DNA from: an uncultured delta proteobacterium
GTDB lineage: Bacteria > Myxococcota > Myxococcia > Myxococcales > Myxococcaceae
Length of the DNA stretch: 64,000 bases
Assembly: GCA_963771175.1 (NCBI GenBank)
Contig: CAVYSY010000032.1
Span: forward strand, 128,001-192,000
Reading direction: 5' to 3'
Below are positions 13,111 to 22,003 of this stretch, piece by piece. A program made the translations under genes and the position numbers. The notes beneath the pieces were generated by a model. The model was not told the DNA's origin and did not search any database. It worked only from the letters and a program-made list of their open reading frames with translations. Position 1 is the first letter of the stretch, and every line of letters begins with the position of its first letter.

Positions 13111-13492
13111 CAGACGAAGGGAGCGCGCGCGAGCGCGAAGGCGGCCCGCGCGTCGTTCAGTGCGGGTAGAACTCGAAGACGTCGTGGGCGCCCGCGGCCC
13201 GGAAGATGGCGGACAGGTAGGGCGACAGGCCCGGACAGCTTCACGTCGCCACCGGCGCGCGGCAAGGCCTCGACGCGCGCCATCAGCGGCTTCACGCCGC
13301 GGTAGTCCAGGTGGCTCACCTCGCTGAAGTCGAGCACCACGTTGCGCGCGCCCCGCTGCATGCGGCGCACGAGCTCCTCGCCCAGCTCGGTGCAGCTCCT
13401 GCTCCGGACAGCTCCCCCTCGAGCAGCAGGGTCTCCACGCGCTCCACTCGATGCGCGCCGCGACTGCCCTGTGACTCAGCTATCTGGTTCAT
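13110..13492 (-). CDS. STAS-domain / anti-sigma-factor-antagonist-like protein (frameshifted)
   Basis: LLLEGEL...[21 protein letters not shown]...GGDVKLSG matches the STAS pattern; GGAGG-like RBS before ATG at 13492. Confidence 0.75.
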
Positions 13493-13556
13493 GTCGCCAC
13501 CTTCCCGGCTTTCGCTGCTTCGCGTCCAAAATTCAGCTACAGCGAGCTGCAGCCAG

Positions 13557-14011
13557 CTACAGCGATGCGCAGCTCGGTGAGCACCCGCATGACGTCCGCC
13601 TGGTCGGCTTCGCTGCGGGCCTCCTCCTGCGCCTTCGCCCAGCCTTCGCGAGCTCCACAGCTCGATGACCTTCACCATCCCCGCCCACACCAGGTCCTTC
13701 TCCAGCCCCGCGTGGGCGCGCAGCGACGGCGGAATCAGCACGCGCCCCAGCTTGTCCAGCGGGCACTCCTGGGCGCTGGCCACGTACAGGCGCATCAGCG
13801 TCTTCACCCCCGGCTCCATCGGGTTGCGCTTGGCCAGCGCGGCCTCCAGCGCCTCCCACTCGCGCACCGGGTAGGCGTGGAGGCAGGGGTCCAGCGCCGT
13901 GGTGATGATGAGCCGCTCGTCGTAGGCGCCCACGAGCGTCTCGCGCAGCCGGGCCGGGAGGCTGGTGCGCCCCTTCGCGTCGATCTGGTGCTCGTAGACG
14001 CCTCGGAACAC
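13557..14011 (-). CDS. mraZ: Division/cell wall cluster transcriptional regulator MraZ (frameshift near C-terminus)
   Basis: [23 protein letters not shown] and [10 protein letters not shown] (two DxxxR AbrB-like repeats); first gene of dcw. Confidence 0.95.
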
Positions 14012-14043
14012 GCGGAGAGATCCACCCTGTCAGCCCAGCCGAT

Positions 14044-14077
14044 CCACATTACGCCACCCCTTCCCACTCCGATCCAC
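14044..14077 (-). promoter_or_regulatory. MraZ operator: four GTGG boxes at exact 10-bp spacing
   Basis: CCAC at 14044, 14054, 14064 and 14074 on + strand (GTGG on coding strand), just upstream of mraZ; phased GTGG repeats are the established MraZ binding pattern. Confidence 0.8.
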
Positions 14078-14088
14078 TTGGGCGGCGG

Positions 14089-14117
14089 AAAATACGCGTG
14101 GCCCCCTACCCGGTCAA
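14089..14117 (-). promoter_or_regulatory. Sigma70-type promoter of the dcw operon
   Basis: Minus strand reads TTGACC-N17-TATTTT, ending just upstream of the GTGG boxes. Confidence 0.7.
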
Positions 14118-14354
14118 GAAATGCAACAGGTCCGTACAGACCCGTGTCTCCGGGGGGATGGGGGCGGGGGGGGTGGGTGGTGGGAAGAAGTGGAGGGGAG
14201 CGAACGGATTGACCCCGGCGGAAGGCCCCTGCATTACTGCCGCCGCTGAGCGCTCCCGCGGGGGCCGCTCTCGCCTCGTGTCCTGGCCGGGGGTGCGAGG
14301 GACTTCATCCGGACGAGCCCTCGGGCCGTCCTCAAGCAAGGAAGAGATACACGC

Positions 14355-14966
14355 ATGACGCGCTTCACTCGTCTCACGATGCTCTCGGCGATGGCGGCGG
14401 GCCTGGTGGCCTGCGGCGGCGGTGCGAAGCTGGGCGGTGGCAAGGACGGCGCCGCGCAGGCCGCGTTCCAGGCCTCGCAGCCGGCGGGCCGTGGTGGGAA
14501 GACCTCGCAGCAGCTCCTGGACAAGGCGCTGGCCAGCGGGGCCGCCAGCATCTCCGTCTCCGCCAACTGCGCCAACGGCGGCAGCGCGAGCCTGACGCTG
14601 GACGCGACCAACATCGGCCAGAACGGCGAGCTCAACTACTCCGTCACCTACGACGACTGCAACGAGGACGGAAAGAACGAGTACAACGGCACGATGGCGA
14701 TGTCGCTCAAGTTCACCACGGACATCAGCAACGGCACCGTCTCCGCCTCGCTCATCACCGGGATGAAGGGCAAGCTGACCATCGAGGGCGAGGTCTCCGA
14801 CTACATCGACGCGAACGTGAAGCTGTCGATGGACGTCAGCGCCACCTCGACCCATACGGGCAGCGTGAAGCTGGTGCTCGACGGCACCATCAAGACCAGC
14901 GAGGGCAGCTACGTCTACACCGGCGAGACCCTCAACATCACCGCCGGCGTGCTGCCGGAGGCCTAG
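14355..14966 (+). CDS. Hypothetical lipoprotein, Ser/Thr/Gly-rich and probably beta-rich
   Basis: Intact ORF with strong GC3 bias; signal peptide with LVAC lipobox. Confidence 0.8.
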   Translation: MTRFTRLTMLSAMAAGLVACGGGAKLGGGKDGAAQAAFQASQPAGRGGKTSQQLLDKALASGAASISVSANCANGGSASLTLDATNIGQNGELNYSVTYDDCNEDGKNEYNGTMAMSLKFTTDISNGTVSASLITGMKGKLTIEGEVSDYIDANVKLSMDVSATSTHTGSVKLVLDGTIKTSEGSYVYTGETLNITAGVLPEA

Positions 14967-14992
14967 TCGCCTCCTGAGCACAGCGGCACCCG

Positions 14993-15028
14993 AGGCCGGG
15001 TCTTCCGATTTGGAGGCCCGGCCTTCTT
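14993..15028 (+). terminator. Probable intrinsic terminator hairpin
   Basis: AGGCCGGGTCTTCC-GATTT-GGAGGCCCGGCCT followed by TCTT, about 25 nt after the lipoprotein stop. Confidence 0.55.
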
Positions 15029-15077
15029 CATGCCTTATGATCCACCCATCCATGCACCCAGCCAGGGAACAGCAGCC

Positions 15078-15800
15078 ATGAGCCAGACCGCGACCCAGAA
15101 GGCCCCCGCAGAGGTTCGCCTCAAGGTGACCTACAAGAAACCGGAAGCGCTGCTGAGCGAGTACACGCGCAGCGTCGGCCAGGGAGGCGTGACGCTGCAG
15201 GTGCAGAAGAGTCTGCCCATCGGCACGCGCTTCGTTTTCGAGATGCACAACCCCGGGGTGGCCTCACCGGTGGAGGTGCTGGGCGAGGTGGTGCGGGTGA
15301 CACCGCAGCCGGATGGGCGCTACATGATCACCGTGAAGTACGACCCGGGCATGGACCGAGGCGGACTGGACGCGGTGCTGCAGCGCATCTTCGACCTGCA
15401 GGAGTTCGAGAAGCTGCGCCGCTACCCGCGCATTCCGCTGCGCCTGCCGGCGATGGAGGAGGAGACGCCCTTCGCGCCGCCCTTCTTCGTGAAGGACCTG
15501 TCGCGCGGTGGCGTGGGGCTGGAGGTGGAGGCCCCGACACTGCCCCAGTCGGTGAAGGTGGGCATGCCCTTCCTGCTGGAGATGGACCTGACGCTGGGAA
15601 CGCTCATGCTGCACGGCGAGGTGGCGTGGACGTCCGCGGGTGGGCCGGAGGTGCTGCCCACCTTTGGCGTCAACTTCGGCACGTTGAGCCGGGACACCCA
15701 CGAGCGACTCGAGAAGCTGCTCTCCCTCGAGTCCCTCCCGCCGCCGCCCTGGCGGGCCCGCGTCTGCTTCGGCGTGGACGCGGTCATGAAGATGCCGTGA
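15078..15800 (+). CDS. Tandem PilZ-like domain protein
   Basis: N-terminal myxobacterial PilZ-like domain (YTRSVGQGGV...VEVLGEVVRV) plus second domain with RRYPR and DLSRGG c-di-GMP motifs. Confidence 0.75.
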   Translation: MSQTATQKAPAEVRLKVTYKKPEALLSEYTRSVGQGGVTLQVQKSLPIGTRFVFEMHNPGVASPVEVLGEVVRVTPQPDGRYMITVKYDPGMDRGGLDAVLQRIFDLQEFEKLRRYPRIPLRLPAMEEETPFAPPFFVKDLSRGGVGLEVEAPTLPQSVKVGMPFLLEMDLTLGTLMLHGEVAWTSAGGPEVLPTFGVNFGTLSRDTHERLEKLLSLESLPPPPWRARVCFGVDAVMKMP

Positions 15801-15803
15801 GCG

Positions 15804-17610
15804 CTACACCACGGCCAGCGGGTAGCCGCTGGCCTGCTCCACCGCCTTGAGAATCGTCTCGCGCAGTTCCACCGGGTCGTACGGCGTGAAGAGCTCCAGC
15901 CGAGCCATCTTGGCGAGGTGCTCCGTGAGCGCATCCCCCTTCACGGTGGCGCACAGCGCGCGCCGGGCCCGTTCGTAGGAGCGAGCATTGGCCTCGGTGG
16001 CGTACTGCCGCGTCATCGCCACCCGCGCCGCGTCGAGCTTCCCATCCGCCGCCGCCTGGCGCGTGCGCGTCACCATGGAGTCCAGCGCGTACGCGTCCAT
16101 CACCACGTCCGCCACCGCGGCCAGCACCTCCTGGTGCTGCTCGAGCTCCGGGCCGAACGTCTCCGCCGCCACCTTGAGCGTGTAGATGGCCAGCCGCTTG
16201 AGGCTCTCGGCCGCGTGCTCCTCCGCGGCCAGCTCGTCCTCCACTCGCGCCTTCGGCAGCAGCCCGTTCGCCAGGTCCTCCTCCACCGCCTGCGCCACCT
16301 CGAAGAGCGGCAGCGCGCCCTTCATCGTGCGCTTGAGCAGCATGCCCGCGATGAGCATGCGGTTGATCTCGTTGGTGCCCTCGAAGATGCGGTTGATGCG
16401 CGCATCGCGGTAGGCACGCTCCACCGGGTACTCCTCGATGTAGCCCGCACCGCCGTGGATCTGCACCGCGTCGTCCACCAGGTACCCGAGCGCCTCCGAG
16501 CCGTACACCTTCATGATGGAGGACTCGATGGCGTACTCCTCGATGGCGGCGATGAGGCGCGCGTCGTAGTCCGCGGCCGTCTTGTCCGCCCCGGCCAGTC
16601 GCCGCGTCCACCAGACCCGCCGTGCGGTAGGTCATGCTCTCCACCGCGTAGACGAGCGTGGTCATCCGCGCGAGCTTCTCGCGGGTGAGCGGGAACCGGG
16701 CGATGGGCGTCTTGAACTGCTTGCGCTCCTGCGCGAAGAGCAGCGCGTTGCGGAGCTGCAGCTTCATGGAGCCGAGCACGCCCGCGCCCAGCTTGAGCCG
16801 GCCGTAGTTGAGGATGTTGAAGGCGATCTTGTGCCCCTTGCCCACCTCGCCGAGCAGGTTCTCCCGGGGGATGCGCGCGTCCTCGAAGTAGAGCGGGCAG
16901 GTGGACGAGCCACGGATGCCCATCTTGTGCTCCTCGGGCCCCACGGTGAACCCGGGCGTGCCGCGCTCGACGATGAAGCCGGTGAACTTGTCGCCGTCCA
17001 CCTTGGCGAACACGACGAACACGTCCGCGAAGGCCGCGTTGGTGATGTAGAGCTTGGAGCCGTTGAGGAGCCACTCCTTGCCGTCCGGAGACAGCACGGC
17101 CTTCGTCTTGGCCCCCAGCGCGTCCGAGCCACTGCCCTGCTCGGTGAGGGCGTAGGCCGCGACGAGCTCGCCGGTGGCCAGCTTCGGTAGGTACTTCTGC
17201 TTCTGGGCGTCGTTGCCGAACCACACGATGGGCAGCGTGCCGATGCCCGTGTGCGCGCCGAAGGTCACGGACCAGGAGCCCAGCTGGCTCATGGCCTCGG
17301 CGATGAGCAGCGAGGTCGTCTTGTCCAGCCCGAGGCCCCCGTAGGCCTCGGGGATGTCGACCATCAGCAGGCCGAGCTCGCCGGCGCGGCGCAGCAGGTC
17401 GCGCAGCAGCGCGTTGTCCTTGGCCTCGATCTTATCGGCCCGCGGGAGGACCTGCTCCTCGGAGAACTGGAGCGCCGTCTTCAGGTAGAGACGCTGCTCC
17501 TCGGTGAACAGCTCGGGCGTGATGATGCGGACCTGGCCCACGTCGTTGAAGAGGAAGGCGCCACCGACGGGAACTTCGCCAGAGCGGGCCTGTTCGAGCA
17601 CTGCGGCCAT
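15804..17610 (-). CDS. Acyl-CoA dehydrogenase, long (FadE/ACAD9-like; one frameshift near 16590)
   Basis: YALTEQGSGSDA, LNGSKLYITN, KMGIRGSST, QIHGGAGYIEEYPVERAYRDARINRIFEGTNEI. Confidence 0.92.
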
Positions 17611-17761
17611 TCGAAATCCTCCAGGAGTCCGTGTCCCCGCTTGGGAGGCAGTTGTGCAACCGCATCCATCAAGGTATGGCGCGGTGCATCAGGGCGGTAG
17701 TAGCGAGAGGCCCGCCCCTTCTCAACCGAGGTTGACTCGGACTCGCGGAGGACGTGACGCC

Positions 17762-18103
17762 ATGAAGCTGTGCTGGAACGTACTGGGAGCAGTGGTGCTG
17801 GCGTTGGGACTCGTGGGCTGCGGCGCGACGGTAGGCGATGCCTGCACCACGGACGGCGACTGCGGAGACACGGGCATCTGCATCAACCGGGACTACACGC
17901 CGGGAGGCTACTGCTCGCAGGCCTGTGTGCCCGGCAAGGACGATACCTGTCCCTCGGGCAGCACCTGTGTGAGCGAGGGTGCCTCCAATGACGTGTCCGC
18001 CTGCTTCCGGAGGTGCTCGAGCGCCGCGGACTGCCGCCAGGGCTACCTGTGTATCGGTGACTTCAAGGGCAACCCCGCCGCCGTCTGCGTCGCCGAGAAC
18101 TGA
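17762..18103 (+). CDS. Small cysteine-rich lipoprotein
   Basis: GGAGG RBS; LVGC lipobox; 12 further cysteines in about 90 residues. Confidence 0.8.
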   Translation: MKLCWNVLGAVVLALGLVGCGATVGDACTTDGDCGDTGICINRDYTPGGYCSQACVPGKDDTCPSGSTCVSEGASNDVSACFRRCSSAADCRQGYLCIGDFKGNPAAVCVAEN

Positions 18104-18113
18104 GGCCCCTGCC

Positions 18114-18932
18114 CTACTGTCCCGCTGACACCCCGGCCACGGGAGCCCGGGGCGTCGGGTAGACGAAGCACAGCGTCTCGAAGAGGGGCTCGCCGGGCGC
18201 CACGTACACACCGCTGAGCGCCCGCGCGGCCTGGGCCAGCTCCGTGCCGAAGGACGGCACGAGGCAGAGGTCCTCGGACGTGGTGAAGCGCCCCTTCAGC
18301 TTCCCGAGCCCCTTGCGCAGCGTGGCGATGTCCTGCTTCCCCCCGCGCACGGGGATGGAGGGGCCGTTCGCATCGGGACCGGGGAGCTTGCCCACGCTGG
18401 TGGTGAGCTCGAAGCCGTCCTGCCGCTGGATGATGCGCAGCTTGCCGGGAGCGACCTCGGCGAGCCACGCCTGGAAGCCCTGCTCGTCCCGGAGCACCAG
18501 CGCGTAGGCGACCGGGGCGTCCGGGTGCAGCAGCCACACCTCGCGGGCGGAGTCGCGCAGGGTGGCGAACAGCTCGGACGTCTGCGCGAGGAAGGTGTCC
18601 GCGTCGGGCACGAGCAGCACCCCCTGCTCCTTCACGCGCTCGCGCAGCCGGGCCTGGTCCTCGGGCCGCGAGGGCACGAACCGCTCCCCGCCGAGCCGCA
18701 CGGCCTCTCCCGCCAGTTCCACCCGCATCGCCTTCTCGGGCACGGGCTCGCCGTACACCTCGGCCGGAGCCACCTGGAAGAGCGCGTCACGCCCGGCGCC
18801 TCCCGCCTCCGCGACGACCTTCGGCAGCGGTGGAGGAGAGAGCGAGGTGAGCGGCTCGGCCGGCTTCTCCTCCTTGCAACCCAGGAGTTGCAGCGCGACC
18901 CCGGCCACGAACAGCACCTGCTTCAGACTCAT
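18114..18932 (-). CDS. Hypothetical lipoprotein
   Basis: MSLKQVLFVAGVALQLLGC lipobox; ATG overlaps the stop of the upstream App1-like gene. Confidence 0.75.
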   Translation of the reverse strand: MSLKQVLFVAGVALQLLGCKEEKPAEPLTSLSPPPLPKVVAEAGGAGRDALFQVAPAEVYGEPVPEKAMRVELAGEAVRLGGERFVPSRPEDQARLRERVKEQGVLLVPDADTFLAQTSELFATLRDSAREVWLLHPDAPVAYALVLRDEQGFQAWLAEVAPGKLRIIQRQDGFELTTSVGKLPGPDANGPSIPVRGGKQDIATLRKGLGKLKGRFTTSEDLCLVPSFGTELAQAARALSGVYVAPGEPLFETLCFVYPTPRAPVAGVSAGQ

Positions 18933-19922
18933 GGCGTCCCCTGCTCCGCCCGCGGCACCGCCGGAGGAAACGCGGTGGAGATGCACGCGCGCCGGGCCAG
19001 TCCCGCCTGCGCGGCGTGCTCGGCGGCGGTGCTCGCGTCCTTGAAGAGGAACATGTCCTTGAAGCGGGCGGCGTCCTGGGTGTTGCCGGCGTCGCGGATG
19101 TAGATGGCGCGCACGCGGCCGGGGAACTCTTCTCGGATTTGCGCGTAGACCTCCGGGTCCTTCTCGCCCGAGTCGCCCACGAGCACCACCGGATGGGGGA
19201 AGCGCTGCAGCAGGCTCCGGATGAGGGGCTGCTTGTAGTCGGAGAGCGTGTTCGGCCCGAGGTCGCGCAGGTAGAGACCAAATCCCGCCGGGGAAGCCGT
19301 GGCGGGCGAGGAAGTCGCCCACCCGGGGCCCGAACTGGACGGGCGAGCCGCTCACCAGCGCGAAGGCGGGCACCGCCCCCGAGTCCGCGCCGAGGCACCC
19401 GTAGAAGCTCGCCATGCCGGGGACGACCTTCTGGGTGTCCGCATCGCGCAGCAGCGCGTTCGTCACCAGCTTGTCCGGCTGCGTCACCTCGGAGATGGCC
19501 ACGGTGTCGTCGAAGTCGGAGACGACGAGGAAGGGCGCGGCGTCCGCGATGACCTCCACCCGGGCGCTGGCGGACGTGTCGGCCACGCGCGCCTGGGCCT
19601 GGTGCCCGCCCACGGGGAACGGACGACCCGGCGGCGGCTGGAAGGTGACCTGGAAGTCGCCGTCCTCGCCGCTGGTGACCGTGGCCGAGACCCCCAGGAA
19701 GGACACCTCCACCTTGGCCCCCTTCTGATTCCGGATCGCCAGGCGCCGCAGGTTGCGGGAGAGCGCGGTGCTGCCATGCGGGGCCTCGGCGAGGACGCGG
19801 CCCTGGAGGGTGATGCTGTCGGGGCGACCGAGCGCCGGAGAGAGCAACACCCCGGGACCGGCGAGCGCCGTGGCGGAGGCAAGTGCGACGACGAGCGCGG
19901 CGAGACGGGAAGGAGCATTCAC
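18929..19922 (-). CDS. App1/DUF2183-family HAD phosphatase with signal peptide (frameshift near 19280)
   Basis: VVSDFDDTV (DxDxT), VSGSP and LVGDSGEKDPEVY are App1 catalytic-domain motifs; N-terminal Sec signal ending ATALA. Confidence 0.8.
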
Positions 19923-20101
19923 CAGGGAATCTCGTGGGCGAGCGTTGAGAGGCGGATGATAGCCGTGTGCGTCATCGTGACGGGCCGATGAACAGGCCTG
20001 GAGCGACCTGTAGCTGAAAAATTGATCTCCCCTGCCCCACCCCTACCCTGCCTTGCCACGAGTCATGCGCCCGGTTGGGCGCTCGCACGGGAGGTCCCAC
20101 G

Positions 20102-20308
20102 GTGAAGAAGCTCACGACGCTGTTGGTGCTCGGCGTGGCGGTGGTGGGGACGGTCGGGTTCGCCTCTCGGGGAGCGGCACGGTCCGAGGAGCCGTCAACC
20201 GAGGCCGAGTTCAACGCGGCGCTGGACGCCCGGCTGCATCAGGTGCTGGCCAACATACTCCAGTCGGGCCGCACGGAACCTCTGGCGTCGGACACGCTGC
20301 GCCGGTAA
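20102..20308 (+). CDS. Small hypothetical exported or membrane protein (68 aa)
   Basis: GGAGG RBS before GTG; basic-hydrophobic N-terminus KKLTTLLVLGVAVVGTVGFA. Confidence 0.55.
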   Translation: MKKLTTLLVLGVAVVGTVGFASRGAARSEEPSTEAEFNAALDARLHQVLANILQSGRTEPLASDTLRR

Positions 20309-20371
20309 GTCTTGGTAACTGAAGAGGGTTGGTGCTACGACCAACCCCAGCTCTCGCTCCACGAGGGGGAC

Positions 20372-21418
20372 ATGCCAGAAGGGTCCGCGTCACTCCAGCT
20401 CGCGGTTGGCGACCGGGTGGTCTACCCCAACCAGGGTGTCTGCCGTGTGTCCGCCATCGATGTGAAGGAGGTAGCGGGGCAGAAGCTCACCTTCGTCACC
20501 ATGCGCCGGGAAGAAGACGGCGCGGTGGTGATGGTGCCCCAGGCCAAGGTGATCTCCATCGGCGTCCGCAAGGTGGCGGGCCCCGAGGACGTCGACCCAG
20601 ATGTTCGACTTCCTGCGCTCCGACAGCGACAAGGCGGACCTGGACTGGAAGCAGCGCGCCCGGACCAACCTGGACCGGATGACGCAGGGGGGCCTGCTTG
20701 GCCTGGCCGAGGTGGTCAAGGGCCTCCAGGTGCTCAGCGAGCTGCGCCCACTGCCCACCAAGGAGCGCGAGCTGTACGACAACGCGCGCCACCTGCTGGT
20801 GTCCGAGGTCGCCGCCGCGCTCAGCACCTCCGAGTGCAACGCCGAGGACTCCATCGACCTCGTGCTCTTCCCGCCCGGCCGCGAGCGCCCCAAGCGCACC
20901 GCCGAGGAGTTCAAGGCCCGGCTCGGAGAGGGCGACGAGGAGCTCGGGCTGGATGCCGACCTGCTCGGGCTCGACGGCGACCTGGACCTGCCCCAGGAGG
21001 AGGAGGCGCCCGCCGAAGAGGAGGAGGAGGCCTCCGAAGAGGAAGGTGGCGAGGAGGAGGGCGAGCCCAAGGCCCGCAAGAAGGCCGCGCCGCCGGCTGC
21101 GGGTGGTGCGGAGGGCGAGGAAGCACCCAAGCGCAAGCGCGGTCGCCCGCCCAAGCCCAAGCCGGAGGGAGCCGAGGCCGCCGCGCCCAAGAAGCGTGGT
21201 CGTCCCCCCAAGCCCAAGCCGGAGGGAGCCGAGGCCGCCGCCGCCGAGGCCGCGCCCAAGAAGCGCGGCCGTCCTCCCAAGGCGAAGCCCGAAGGGGCCG
21301 AGGCCGCCGCCGCGCCCAAGAAGCGCGGTCGTCCTCCCAAGGCGAAGCCCCGGAGGAGACCGAGGAAACCGATCTGGATGCCGACCTCGATTCGGACGAT
21401 ATCGAGACCGATGAGTGA
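20372..21418 (+). CDS. carD: Myxobacterial CarD: CarD_CdnL_TRCF domain + acidic region + four AT-hook-like RGRP repeats (two apparent indels)
   Basis: LAVGDRVVYPNQGVCRV and DWKQRAR N-terminal domain; Glu-rich tract; four K(K/R)RGRPPK repeats; followed by carG as in Myxococcus. Confidence 0.92.
   Translation: MPEGSASLQLAVGDRVVYPNQGVCRVSAIDVKEVAGQKLTFVTMRREEDGAVVMVPQAKVISIGVRKVAGPEDVDPDVRLPALRQRQGGPGLEAARPDQPGPDDAGGPAWPGRGGQGPPGAQRAAPTAHQGARAVRQRAPPAGVRGRRRAQHLRVQRRGLHRPRALPARPRAPQAHRRGVQGPARRGRRGARAGCRPARARRRPGPAPGGGGARRRGGGGLRRGRWRGGGRAQGPQEGRAAGCGWCGGRGSTQAQARSPAQAQAGGSRGRRAQEAWSSPQAQAGGSRGRRRRGRAQEARPSSQGEARRGRGRRRAQEARSSSQGEAPEETEETDLDADLDSDDIETDE
21125..21350 (+). repeat. Imperfect tandem coding repeat (4 units) encoding the CarD AT-hooks
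   Basis: Repeated CCCAAGAAGCG(C/T)GG(T/C)CGTCC(C/T)CCCAAG...GAGGG(A/G)GCCGAGGCCGCC units. Confidence 0.85.
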
Positions 21419-21490
21419 CAGCCCCAGGGCCTGTGGGGCGCGGGCGAGAACCGCCGCCCGCCCCGAGGCCCGAGCCCGAGGTGACGCCCC

Positions 21491-22003
21491 GTGATTCGCG
21501 TCGTGACGCTGGACTCCTTCGACGAAAAGCAGATCGCGAAGCTCTGCCAGACGCTCTACACGGCGTTCGGCGTGGGCAGCGAGCACTCCGGCCAGAAGGA
21601 GGTGCCCGCGGGCATGTCCGAGCCGCTGGACGCCGAGAAGCTCCTGACGGAGATCAAGGGCGTCCGCGCCTACGCGGACGACAAGGTGCTCTTCCTCACC
21701 TCGCGCAAGCTGAAGGACCGCGAGCTGTCGAGCGGCACGGCGCCCACCACCGGCTTCGCCCTGTACGACAAGGACCGGGCCGTCATCAGCACCCACGGGT
21801 ACAAGGACCTCGAGACGGCCTTCAAGCCCGTGGCCCGCAACGCGCTGCAGCAGCTCGGCCACCTGTGGGACCTGCACCACTGCCTGGATCCGCGCTGCTC
21901 GATGTATCCGCCCTGGACGCCCTCGTTCGCCGCGGGTGAACCCATTTTCTGCACCTTCTGCCGCGACAAGAGCGAGCAGAAGATCCGCCTTGCGAAGTCC
22001 TAA
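21491..22003 (+). CDS. carG: CarG zinc-binding adaptor (archaemetzincin-like, non-catalytic)
   Basis: QQLGHLWDLHHCLDPRCSM-x16-CTFC matches the CarG His/Cys-rich motif; 170 aa directly downstream of carD. Confidence 0.88.
   Translation: MIRVVTLDSFDEKQIAKLCQTLYTAFGVGSEHSGQKEVPAGMSEPLDAEKLLTEIKGVRAYADDKVLFLTSRKLKDRELSSGTAPTTGFALYDKDRAVISTHGYKDLETAFKPVARNALQQLGHLWDLHHCLDPRCSMYPPWTPSFAAGEPIFCTFCRDKSEQKIRLAKS

Noticed and set aside
6000..13700. Programmed frameshifting or phase variation in dcw genes
   Set aside because: Too many shifts per gene, not at consistent slippery sites or simple-sequence repeats
18114..19922. 602-aa phosphatase-lipoprotein fusion
   Set aside because: The middle is off-frame sequence; the phosphatase C-terminal motif lies in another frame ending at 18929, and the lipoprotein has its own start and lipobox
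21125..21350. Regularly spaced repeats resembling a CRISPR array (likewise 40255-40482)
   Set aside because: In-frame coding repeats with wobble-position variation, no unique spacers and no cas genes
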